Below, one piece after another: positions 29,943-37,950 of a DNA stretch of 64,000 nt (the stretch's first letter is position 1; the number at the start of each line of letters is the position of its first letter). The DNA is taken from contig JAEOTE010000025.1 of NCBI GenBank assembly GCA_016839945.1, forward strand, positions 12,517 through 76,516, in the 5' to 3' direction. The translations under genes and the position numbers were made by a program. The DNA is from Candidatus Heimdallarchaeota archaeon. Its GTDB lineage: Archaea > Asgardarchaeota > Heimdallarchaeia > Heimdallarchaeales > Heimdallarchaeaceae. Below the pieces are notes generated by a model. The model saw nothing but the letters and a program-made list of their open reading frames with translations. It ran no database searches and was not told the origin of the DNA.

Positions 29943-30455
29943 ATGAAAAAAGCCATAATTATTACAGGAACACCAGGAACTGGAAAAACTGTTATAACAA
30001 ATTTGCTTGAGAAAGAAGGTTATTCAACAATAGAAGTTGGAAAACTCGTCAAAGAAAAAAATCTATATGATTACTATGATGAAGAGCGTGAAAGCTATGT
30101 TGTTAATGATGTCCTTCTGAACGAAAAACTAGTTGAATTGTTACAAAAACACTCTTCATCTGAACCTTTGATAATTGATGGCCATGTAGTGGAACTCCCT
30201 CCCAAACACGTTTTGCATTGTATAGTTCTCAGGTGTTCAATACTACATCTTCGCCAAAGGCTAATGGAGCGAAATTATGGTTCTTTGAAGATTGACGAGA
30301 ATGTCGAAGCTGAGATTATGGAAGTGCTTCTTACCGACATGTTGGAACTCTATGGACCTGAGAACGTAAGCATAGTTTATTCAGATGGCACAGTGGAAGA
30401 AACTTTTGAGCAAGTTCTTTCAAAGGTGAAAAAGGTCTCGAATAATACATTCTAG
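29943..30455 (+). CDS. Adenylate kinase, AK6/Fap7 family
   Basis: ITGTPGTGKT, IIDGH, LRC....L.QRL.ERNY...KIDENVEAEI. Confidence 0.9.
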   Translation: MKKAIIITGTPGTGKTVITNLLEKEGYSTIEVGKLVKEKNLYDYYDEERESYVVNDVLLNEKLVELLQKHSSSEPLIIDGHVVELPPKHVLHCIVLRCSILHLRQRLMERNYGSLKIDENVEAEIMEVLLTDMLELYGPENVSIVYSDGTVEETFEQVLSKVKKVSNNTF

Positions 30456-30811
30456 CTATTAATTCTAATAGACAATATTCCTCTTTTATCCTTTATTACG
30501 GAAACTGCTTCATTTGGGGCTACGATTGTGAATACTTTGTTTTTAGATCCTTTTCCAAACAGCTTTGACCATTTGAAGTCATCCCCAGCATCGAAGGAAA
30601 ATAACTTTACTCCAATGAAATCTTCGTAATCAATTTTTCCCATCGTTTTTTGGATTAAATCAAGCTCTTCAGAATGTGTTAAACCACTTTCTAATATTAG
30701 TATTGTATTTCTCATCACTTTAGATAAGATATAGCGTATTTTTTCATCAGAAGAGAGATCATGTGTTTCTGTGAAAGGTATAAAATCTACTCTGTATCTC
30801 ATACTCATCAC
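30452..30811 (-). CDS. oapB: OapB/ArvB (DUF2073) family protein
   Basis: EKIRYIL..V...ILILESGLT..EE..LI..TM..ID...F.G; overlaps the oapA stop. Confidence 0.82.
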   Translation of the reverse strand: MMSMRYRVDFIPFTETHDLSSDEKIRYILSKVMRNTILILESGLTHSEELDLIQKTMGKIDYEDFIGVKLFSFDAGDDFKWSKLFGKGSKNKVFTIVAPNEAVSVIKDKRGILSIRINS

Positions 30812-31422
30812 CTCATCTTCCTAGCCAATTCGGCTATTTTATCATAAAGAGTTTCAATTCCATCGCCTTGAATTGCAGAAACAGGTACAACAGGATATTC
30901 GCAGAAAGCATCTCTAACTAGTCTAACATCAGCTTCAGGTAAGTCAATTTTGTTTGGAACTATGATAAATGGTTTGCTTTGATGCTCTAAATTTCCTAAA
31001 ATTGTGAAATTTACTTGATCAAATGGAGTTCTAGTTGCATCAACAATAACAAGAGCTACATCAACATTTTCAAGATATTTTATTGCTTCTACAATACCTC
31101 TTGTAGCTTCTTTCGCTCTTTCCATTGCTTCGCTAGCAGAAAGTCCATGTCTCATAAAATCCTTTGGATTGACAGAACTAGCAATACCTGGCATATCTAT
31201 TAGAGTTAAATCTAATTTTGTGCCATTAGCTGCGAAATTCACTTTTTCTAATTTCTGTATTGAACGCGTTTCATGAGGAATTTCACTAACTACACCAACT
31301 TCTTGGTCTGCCCAATCTTTTCCCATTTTGTTTGCTAATGTTGTTTTTCCAGCATTAACTTCGCCATAGAATCCTAAGTTTACTGATTTTGGCTTTGATT
31401 TTAGCCATAATCTCCATGACAA
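30808..31422 (-). CDS. oapA: OapA/ArvA Era-like small GTPase
   Basis: GFYGEVNAGKTTLAN, SEIPHETR, DMPG, ERAKEATRG..EA, NKIDLP, VSA. Confidence 0.88.
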   Translation of the reverse strand: MSWRLWLKSKPKSVNLGFYGEVNAGKTTLANKMGKDWADQEVGVVSEIPHETRSIQKLEKVNFAANGTKLDLTLIDMPGIASSVNPKDFMRHGLSASEAMERAKEATRGIVEAIKYLENVDVALVIVDATRTPFDQVNFTILGNLEHQSKPFIIVPNKIDLPEADVRLVRDAFCEYPVVPVSAIQGDGIETLYDKIAELARKMR

Positions 31423-31592
31423 TTAATTCACCTAAGCATTCATAATCTGAAGTTAACATAAAACGAAATAATATTGACATCACACTCGGGTATTACTAAC
31501 TTAAGGAGTAGTTTAGATATTAACAATTTTGTTTTCCAACAAAATTTATTAACATCCTAAAAAACAGCATACAGTATTCCAGTAATAAGGAA

Positions 31593-32687
31593 GTGTTAGA
31601 AATCTTCTTGATGGGTTCAAGCTTAGTTGTATGGCTAAAACTATTGTGGAAAAGTAAATTTAATGTAGATTTTATTTACATCCCTAGAGTTATTGCAATT
31701 ACATTAGTGGTTTCTATCTTTTATCCTTTAGTTTTATATGAAAAGATTAGGTTCAATAAAAGAATAAAGATGACAGAAATTAATGAAAATCCAATTTTCA
31801 TTGTTGGTCATTGGAGAACCGGAACTACTCATCTACAGAACTTAATGTTAGAAGATAATCGTTTTGGTTATTTGAATTTGGTTGAAGCTACATTCCCTAA
31901 TTTAATTCTTGGGAGTTACAAACTAATATACACTTTAATGAAACCACTCATACCTGAAAAAAGACCAATGGATAACATGATGATGTCTCCTGAAACTCCT
32001 CAGGAGCATGAATTCGTATTAACAAATTTCTGCTTACTATCTCCATTGACAGCATTGTTCTTTCCTTCAAATAGAATCAAATATATGCAATATGGTTCTT
32101 TTGAGGAAGCAACTGAGAAAGAAAGAGAAATTTGGAAAAAGAATTTTTTGTATTTCTGCAAAAAATTAACTTTATTGAAAGAAGGAAAAAGATTGTTACT
32201 AAAAAACCCACTAGATACCTTTAGGATAAAGCTGATTTTAGAACTATTTCCGAATGCTAAATTCATAAATATCTATCGAGATCCTTACAAAGTTTTTTTC
32301 TCCACAGTAAAGCTTCATAAAACAAACACTTCTCTTTTTTGGTTGCAGAAACCTGATTATGAACTAGATGAATTCGTTTTTGATATGTATAAAAAAATGT
32401 ATAGACAGTTTTACAAAGATATTGAAACTATATCCAAAGAAAATATTATCGAAATTAAATATGAAATTCTTATTGATAATCCTCTGAATGAACTAGAAAA
32501 AATATATGAGTTTCTCGAATTAGGAAACTTTGAATCAATTAAACCTCTAATTGTTGAATATCTTGATTCTCTATCTGATTATGAAGTTGGAAAGTATAAT
32601 ATCTCAAAAAGAGATTTCCAACGAATTTATTCAAATTGGTATGAAACTATTGATCGATGGGGTTACAAAAAAATCACTTCAGAGTAA
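31593..32687 (+). CDS. Sulfotransferase family protein
   Basis: PIFIVGHWRTGTTHL (5'-PSB), RPMDN, PQEHE, LLKNP, IYRDP...S (3'-PB). Confidence 0.9.
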   Translation: MLEIFLMGSSLVVWLKLLWKSKFNVDFIYIPRVIAITLVVSIFYPLVLYEKIRFNKRIKMTEINENPIFIVGHWRTGTTHLQNLMLEDNRFGYLNLVEATFPNLILGSYKLIYTLMKPLIPEKRPMDNMMMSPETPQEHEFVLTNFCLLSPLTALFFPSNRIKYMQYGSFEEATEKEREIWKKNFLYFCKKLTLLKEGKRLLLKNPLDTFRIKLILELFPNAKFINIYRDPYKVFFSTVKLHKTNTSLFWLQKPDYELDEFVFDMYKKMYRQFYKDIETISKENIIEIKYEILIDNPLNELEKIYEFLELGNFESIKPLIVEYLDSLSDYEVGKYNISKRDFQRIYSNWYETIDRWGYKKITSE

Positions 32688-32717
32688 ATTTCATGTAATC
32701 CTTATGTTGTTCAAAAG

Positions 32718-33866
32718 TTATAAACAAACGATTTCTTTTGGAGTATTTGACAATCTTATCGAACCTTCTTTAGTAACTATACAATCATCTTCTAATCTAA
32801 CTCCAAATTTGCTCTCAAAGTATAATCCTGGTTCTACAGTTATTATGGAATTTTCGAGTAAAGGTTTTGAAGGCCTTGTTGGAGTTCCTCTGTAAATCCC
32901 ATATCCAATATCATGGGTTTCAATTCCTAAAGCATGTCCTGTTGAATGTAAATAATATATCTCTGGATCATATCCATATTCTTCGAATTTCTTTCTAACA
33001 GCAATTTCCACTTCTTCTCCTAATACTCCAGCTTTAATTTTTGAATAAGCTGCTTCTTTTGCTTGGTCTACAGCTTCATATGCTCTCAACACTTCTTCGG
33101 AGGGATTTTTACCTATCCAATATGTATGTGTAATATCTGATTGGGATAAATTATATGAAACACCATAATCAATCAATAGTACTTGATTGTTTTCAATTTT
33201 CTTTTCACTTGCTTTATGATGAGGAATTGCTGCATTGGCACCAGAAGCTACAATTGCTTCAAAAGCAACACCTCCCCTTTTATTACACTCAAATTCTACT
33301 AAAGCAGCTAGCTCTTTTTCTGTCATACCAGGTTTGATGATGGGTTCAATAATTTCTTCCATCAGCTCTTCAGCTAGTCTAGCAGCTATCTTATGATTTT
33401 CTATTTCTTTCTTAGTTTTATTTGCCCTTATTTCAAAAATGATGTCTTTTGCTGGAATATATTGTATCTCTTTATTGAGATTAGTTAATGCTTTGAATGT
33501 ACCAGCTGATATGATGTCGAAGTTAAGATGTTTAAATGATTCTTCCACGAAGTTTAAAGCTATTTTAGATCCTTTTGGAACGGCCATCATCTCATCTTCC
33601 ATTAGTTTCACTAATTCTTCACTTTTTTTGTACTTCTTTACTTCAAATGTTTCATTGTCAACCATCATAGCTTCCATTTGTGAAGTAATCACAATTGGTT
33701 TGCCTTCTTTATGAATCAGAATGAAGGTGGAACTTGCAAACCACTTTTCTAATAGATATTTTAGGTGGATATCATAAGAGTGATGACAAAAAACTATCCA
33801 CCCATCTACATTATGTTTTTTTAATATGTTTTGAATTCTTTTGATTTTTTCACTCATATAAACCAC
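32718..33866 (-). CDS. Xaa-Pro aminopeptidase/prolidase (M24B)
   Basis: IPHH, LIDYG..SDIT, HSTGHALGIETHD, TVEPGLY, GVRLEDD. Confidence 0.92.
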   Translation of the reverse strand: MVYMSEKIKRIQNILKKHNVDGWIVFCHHSYDIHLKYLLEKWFASSTFILIHKEGKPIVITSQMEAMMVDNETFEVKKYKKSEELVKLMEDEMMAVPKGSKIALNFVEESFKHLNFDIISAGTFKALTNLNKEIQYIPAKDIIFEIRANKTKKEIENHKIAARLAEELMEEIIEPIIKPGMTEKELAALVEFECNKRGGVAFEAIVASGANAAIPHHKASEKKIENNQVLLIDYGVSYNLSQSDITHTYWIGKNPSEEVLRAYEAVDQAKEAAYSKIKAGVLGEEVEIAVRKKFEEYGYDPEIYYLHSTGHALGIETHDIGYGIYRGTPTRPSKPLLENSIITVEPGLYFESKFGVRLEDDCIVTKEGSIRLSNTPKEIVCL

Positions 33867-34479
33867 AAGTTCTTAATATCTTTTTTAACCAATCAGGTAT
33901 AAAGTTTAATTCCGATAATTCTATTAAATCTTTAAATGTGTCTATATCATTATAGACGTTTTCATGCATTAGAAGTTTAAAATCTCTTCCCTCTTTTTTG
34001 AAAACATCTTTGAATTTTAGTGATGAATTTATTCCAAACAAAAATGGAAATTTGTCATTTCTATTAAAACACAAAATACTTGTTCCATTATCCAGTGTTG
34101 GTGCTAAAATAATCTTCCTTTCCAATTCATGTAGTTTAATTATTTTTGCTAAAGTTTCAGTATTTATTAAAGGAAGATCTGCCATTATTATTACGACTAT
34201 TTCCTCATCTATTTCATGCAAAGCTTCTTCTATAGCTATATTCAGATCATTGCTCTGATCTTGTATAATTATGGACTTTTCTGCAAAATCAATATCTCCT
34301 TTAGTTAAGAGATAAATGCTCTTTTCTATCTCTAAATCTGATACTTCTTTTAGAACATGTTTTATTGATTCATTAAGTAAGGAGTCCACCAATTTATCAT
34401 CTAAATCGAGTCGAAGTCTACTCTTGTCGTTTTTAGTTCCTCTAAATGGAATTAGGATTCCTATTTTCATGTGCATCAA
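33850..34479 (-). CDS. cofC: 2-phospho-L-lactate/PEP guanylyltransferase (F420 biosynthesis)
   Basis: IPFR...KSRL, MADLPL, LAP..DNGT, FG..S, DIDT..DL; next to cofD. Confidence 0.85.
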   Translation of the reverse strand: MMHMKIGILIPFRGTKNDKSRLRLDLDDKLVDSLLNESIKHVLKEVSDLEIEKSIYLLTKGDIDFAEKSIIIQDQSNDLNIAIEEALHEIDEEIVVIIMADLPLINTETLAKIIKLHELERKIILAPTLDNGTSILCFNRNDKFPFLFGINSSLKFKDVFKKEGRDFKLLMHENVYNDIDTFKDLIELSELNFIPDWLKKILRTCGLYE

Positions 34480-34501
34480 TTCTTTTATTTTAGATATAAA
34501 C

Positions 34502-35455
34502 TTAGGATTTAGAGTTCATTGCATCATTTAATCCCTTATCTAGAACTGTTCTGGCTAAATTTTCTGCAATTTTAACATCTTTAAAAAGAATGTCCTCTAC
34601 TATAACGTTCATATTGGTTTCTTCTTTTATTGTTTCTTGTAAGTTCTTATCTGATACATCAATAACAATGGTTTTGCATAATTTTTCGTAAATTCTAGCT
34701 ATCTCTATTGAGGAAGTTTCTAAATTTTCTATTGTCATAAGTTTACTTGTAGGACCGCTAATGGGTTTGCTTCCTATAATAGGACTAATAACCCAACACT
34801 TTTCTCTGTTCTTCTCCATCCATCTCCTTATTTCCCTTAGTTCAAGTATTGGCTTTATACTAGTTATAGGATTGCTAGGTCCTACAATAACTAATTTAGA
34901 TTTTTCCAGAGTTTGAATTATCTCTGCTGGAATTTTAGCTGATTCAATCCCTTTAAAATACACTTTTTTGATTGCTATCTCTCCCCTATGTTTTACCCAA
35001 AATTCTTGGAAATGAATATCCTCATCATTAGTGGTTATTATCCTTGTTTCAATATGACTATTAGTACTTGGTAAAATAGTGGCTCTGATTCCTAGCTTCT
35101 TTGAAATCTCTCGAATTATCTCACATTGATTATATCCTTCCCCCATTTTTTTTGTTCTAAAAAGATGTAATCCTAAATCCTTATCACCTAAATTAAACCA
35201 AGTATTTTTCTCAAATTTTCTTAAGAACTCTATTGTATGAAAACTATCTTCTTTAATTCCCCAATGTTTATCCTCATCCAAGAATCCACTAAAAAGGTAA
35301 ATTAAAGTATCAATATCTGGAGAAATATAAAGACCATACATCCAAATATCATCTGCAGAATTTGCAATTACAGCAATATCACTATCATCTATTATCTTTC
35401 GAAAACCTTGAATTAGTTTTGGGGTTCCAGTTCCTCCTGAAAGGAAAGTAATCAT
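34502..35455 (-). CDS. cofD: 2-phospho-L-lactate transferase (F420 biosynthesis)
   Basis: LSGGTGTPKL, GLYISPDIDT, WFNLGDKD, HFQEFWV, GPSNPITSI.PIL, SGP. Confidence 0.95.
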   Translation of the reverse strand: MITFLSGGTGTPKLIQGFRKIIDDSDIAVIANSADDIWMYGLYISPDIDTLIYLFSGFLDEDKHWGIKEDSFHTIEFLRKFEKNTWFNLGDKDLGLHLFRTKKMGEGYNQCEIIREISKKLGIRATILPSTNSHIETRIITTNDEDIHFQEFWVKHRGEIAIKKVYFKGIESAKIPAEIIQTLEKSKLVIVGPSNPITSIKPILELREIRRWMEKNREKCWVISPIIGSKPISGPTSKLMTIENLETSSIEIARIYEKLCKTIVIDVSDKNLQETIKEETNMNVIVEDILFKDVKIAENLARTVLDKGLNDAMNSKS

Positions 35456-35496
35456 TAAGAAGCCAATAAATATTTGATTTAAAATTGTATTGAAAC

Positions 35497-36543
35497 TTAC
35501 TTCTTTGAAGAGGATTTCTTTGTTTTAGTAGATGATTTAGTCTTAGTTGTCGTTTTTGATTTTGGTTTTGTTTCAGTTTTCTTCTTTGCAGTTGTCTTAG
35601 GTTTGGTTGTAGTCTTGGGTTTTGGTTTGGTTGTAGTCTTAGGTTTTGGTTTTGCTACAGCTTTAGGTTTAGGTTTGGTTGTAGTCTTGGGTTTAGGTTT
35701 GGTTGTAGTCTTGGGTTTTGGTTTAGTTGTAGTCTTGGGTTTTGGTTTAGTTGTAGTCTTGGGTTTTGGTTTAGTTGTAGTCTTAGGTTTTGGTTTTGCT
35801 TCAGCTTTAGGTTTAGGTTTAGCTTCTACCTTGGTTTTTGGCTTAGCTTCTACTTTGGTTTTTGGCTTAACTTCTACCTTAGGTTTAGGTTTAGCTTCTA
35901 CTTTGGTTTTTGGCTTTTTCACAACCTTCTTTTCTCTTTTAGGAACAATATCTGAAAGTCTAAGTCTGGAAGTTGATTTTATTACTACACGATAATAAGA
36001 TCCTGATTCTCCCATAAGTGGATTTCTTATAATTTTTATAACATCTCCAGGTTTTGCTTGTATCGCTTTAACAGCAGGATCTGTTTCCAATACTTTTGGA
36101 ATTTGATGTTTTTCAATCTGATATTGTTTTAAGAAAGTATTAATCTCTCTGGAATTTAATCTCAAGTGCTGCGGTACATGTTCATGATCAAAAATATTAA
36201 ACAGAGGATTTGTACTGCTAATAATTTCAATTCCTAGCTTAACTGATTCTTTCTTTGCATAATGAGTCAAGGGAGCTTCTGCAATTAATAATGCATTATC
36301 AATTTCATCTTCTTCTTGAAGTTTTCCTAAAATTCTGATTGTTTTTACTCCAATTTGGGGATTTTTAGGAAATCTTGCAATAACATTTGCTTTTCCACCA
36401 TCTTCAACAGTCATTAGACCGTAGACATCAAGATAATCATCATCTTCTTTAGTCTTATCAATTTTAAAGCCTCGAAACTCAAGAATTTCTTTGACTCCCT
36501 TAACAATTCTTTTTTCTTTAGCTTGTTGTTCTTTGGATACCAA
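35497..36543 (-). CDS. rpoH: RNA polymerase subunit Rpo5/Rpb5 with eukaryote-like N-terminal jaw domain and Lys/Pro/Thr repeat tail
   Basis: Core [13 protein letters not shown]...[26 protein letters not shown]...YYRVV; about 110-aa N-terminal domain with RGF and [13 protein letters not shown]; TTG start with GAGGT SD. Confidence 0.92.
   Translation of the reverse strand: MVSKEQQAKEKRIVKGVKEILEFRGFKIDKTKEDDDYLDVYGLMTVEDGGKANVIARFPKNPQIGVKTIRILGKLQEEDEIDNALLIAEAPLTHYAKKESVKLGIEIISSTNPLFNIFDHEHVPQHLRLNSREINTFLKQYQIEKHQIPKVLETDPAVKAIQAKPGDVIKIIRNPLMGESGSYYRVVIKSTSRLRLSDIVPKREKKVVKKPKTKVEAKPKPKVEVKPKTKVEAKPKTKVEAKPKPKAEAKPKPKTTTKPKPKTTTKPKPKTTTKPKPKTTTKPKPKTTTKPKPKAVAKPKPKTTTKPKPKTTTKPKTTAKKKTETKPKSKTTTKTKSSTKTKKSSSKK
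35605..35916 (-). repeat. 13 tandem 24-bp coding repeats (KPKPKTTT / KPKTKVEA octapeptides)
   Basis: Counted in the translation: 5 KPK(T/P)K(V/A)E(A/V), 5 KPKPKTTT, 1 KPKPKAVA, 2 KPKPKTTT. Confidence 0.95.
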
Positions 36544-36605
36544 GAGAGTTACCTCGCCATCCCTTTTTTTCTATGAATTTAAAATTTTTTGACAAGTGAG
36601 AGCTT

Positions 36606-36971
36606 TCACTTTTCTTTTTCTTCTTCTTTTTTCGATTTTATTCGGATGTAGTAAGAACCGTCCTTATTTCTTGCAATGATTGGGTCATCATCATTAGATT
36701 CAACAATTAATTTATCAACGTCTACTTCAAAAACACCTTCTTTTGTCAAACGAATAGCTTCTAATCCCTCTTGAATGTCAGTATCTTTTATTTCCCTATC
36801 TATAATAAGATCTAATTCGTGTTCTACCCTCTCATCACCTGAAGGTTCTCTGAATGTTTTAAATTTAAAAGATCCACAATATGGACAACCATTAACAATT
36901 ATTTCTGTGGATAATGCTAATTCTTTCTCGCAAATCGCACATATTGTTTTCTTTTTGGTTTGTTCTGACAT
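36606..36971 (-). CDS. oapC: OapC/ArvC (DUF2072) Zn-ribbon protein
   Basis: CAIC..IIVNGCPYCGSFKF, EAIRL...GVFEVDVDKL, DGSYYI. Confidence 0.8.
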   Translation of the reverse strand: MSEQTKKKTICAICEKELALSTEIIVNGCPYCGSFKFKTFREPSGDERVEHELDLIIDREIKDTDIQEGLEAIRLTKEGVFEVDVDKLIVESNDDDPIIARNKDGSYYIRIKSKKEEEKEK

Positions 36972-37011
36972 TAAATATCACATTCTTCTCCATAATCTAA
37001 TACACAAAGTT

Positions 37012-37866
37012 TTACTCCATTTTAATGCTTGAATTATATAGAAATTTTTCATTATATCCACAATTATTACATCCTTTTTCCTGAAGATCTTCAATCATTT
37101 TGTAATCCCCACCTTCACCAATATAATATATTTCGCCACATTCACACAAGTAAGGATAAGGAAGCACATTGCTTTCTCTATAATACAATGGACCAAAATA
37201 ATGATCTGAAATTGTTTCCTTCGAATCTGGTTTAGCTTGTAGTATATATAAATCCGAACTTTTTCTGTCTAAAGGTGTCTTAACATCGTACTTATTAAAA
37301 TTAGGGAGAACTTCTATTAACTCAAGTTTCATCTTATCTATCATTTTCTGAATTAACTCTTTTTTTTCTTCCTCAATATCAAAAGAGAAAAATATTTGAG
37401 CTTTATCATCTTTTTTTGCACATTGAACAGCTCTTGACAGACCTAGTTCTAATCCTTCTTTTGTCATGGATGGTTCAATGAAAATATAATCAAACTGATT
37501 CTTCAATACGTTTATCATACGTATTCTGATGTCATGATTGATATATCGAATTGTACGTATTTTATGTTTAAATTTCATTTTAAATACGATCTCAGGCACT
37601 CTCTTATCAATGTCTAGAACAGCTAAATCCTTTGGCTTTGACATTATTCCTATACTTAGTGCAGTAAGATCCATATCACCAAGTAAGATAACTCGTTTTC
37701 CATCATAATCTTCTGGATTAACAAGTAGAGATCTCTGTAAGCTTGTTTTTTCTGTTATATAATACTGATCGAGTTCCTGATTAGGCCCCCCCCTATAATT
37801 CTTTAGTATGCTATAAGCATCAGATATTTTTTGTTTAAGTTCTCCTTCTAAAGAATGGATTGTCAT
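37012..37866 (-). CDS. Branched-chain polyamine synthase (DUF43/BpsA)-like protein
   Basis: LDQYYIT, GKRVILLGDMDLTAL, VLDIDKR, HDIR, FDYIFIEP, LSRA, FNKY; C-terminal Cys pairs. Confidence 0.68.
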   Translation of the reverse strand: MTIHSLEGELKQKISDAYSILKNYRGGPNQELDQYYITEKTSLQRSLLVNPEDYDGKRVILLGDMDLTALSIGIMSKPKDLAVLDIDKRVPEIVFKMKFKHKIRTIRYINHDIRIRMINVLKNQFDYIFIEPSMTKEGLELGLSRAVQCAKKDDKAQIFFSFDIEEEKKELIQKMIDKMKLELIEVLPNFNKYDVKTPLDRKSSDLYILQAKPDSKETISDHYFGPLYYRESNVLPYPYLCECGEIYYIGEGGDYKMIEDLQEKGCNNCGYNEKFLYNSSIKME

Positions 37867-37910
37867 TGCATGTTTCTGTACGTACCAATTTAAAAAAATT
37901 TGCCACTTTT

Positions 37911-37940
37911 TGTTATTTTTTGTTATTTTTTGTTATTTTT
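37911..37940 (+). repeat. Three perfect tandem copies of TGTTATTTTT (followed by a partial copy)
   Basis: Read directly in the 37867-37950 intergenic region. Confidence 0.9.
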
Positions 37941-37950
37941 TGCTATTAGC

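Noticed and set aside
35605-35916. Regular 24-bp repeats as a possible CRISPR array
   Set aside because: No spacers, in-frame coding repeats, no cas genes in the window.
35603-35995. 130-aa hydrophobic repeat ORF (VVVLGFGL)n on the plus strand
   Set aside because: Antisense shadow of the Lys/Pro/Thr repeat in rpo5; no independent evidence.
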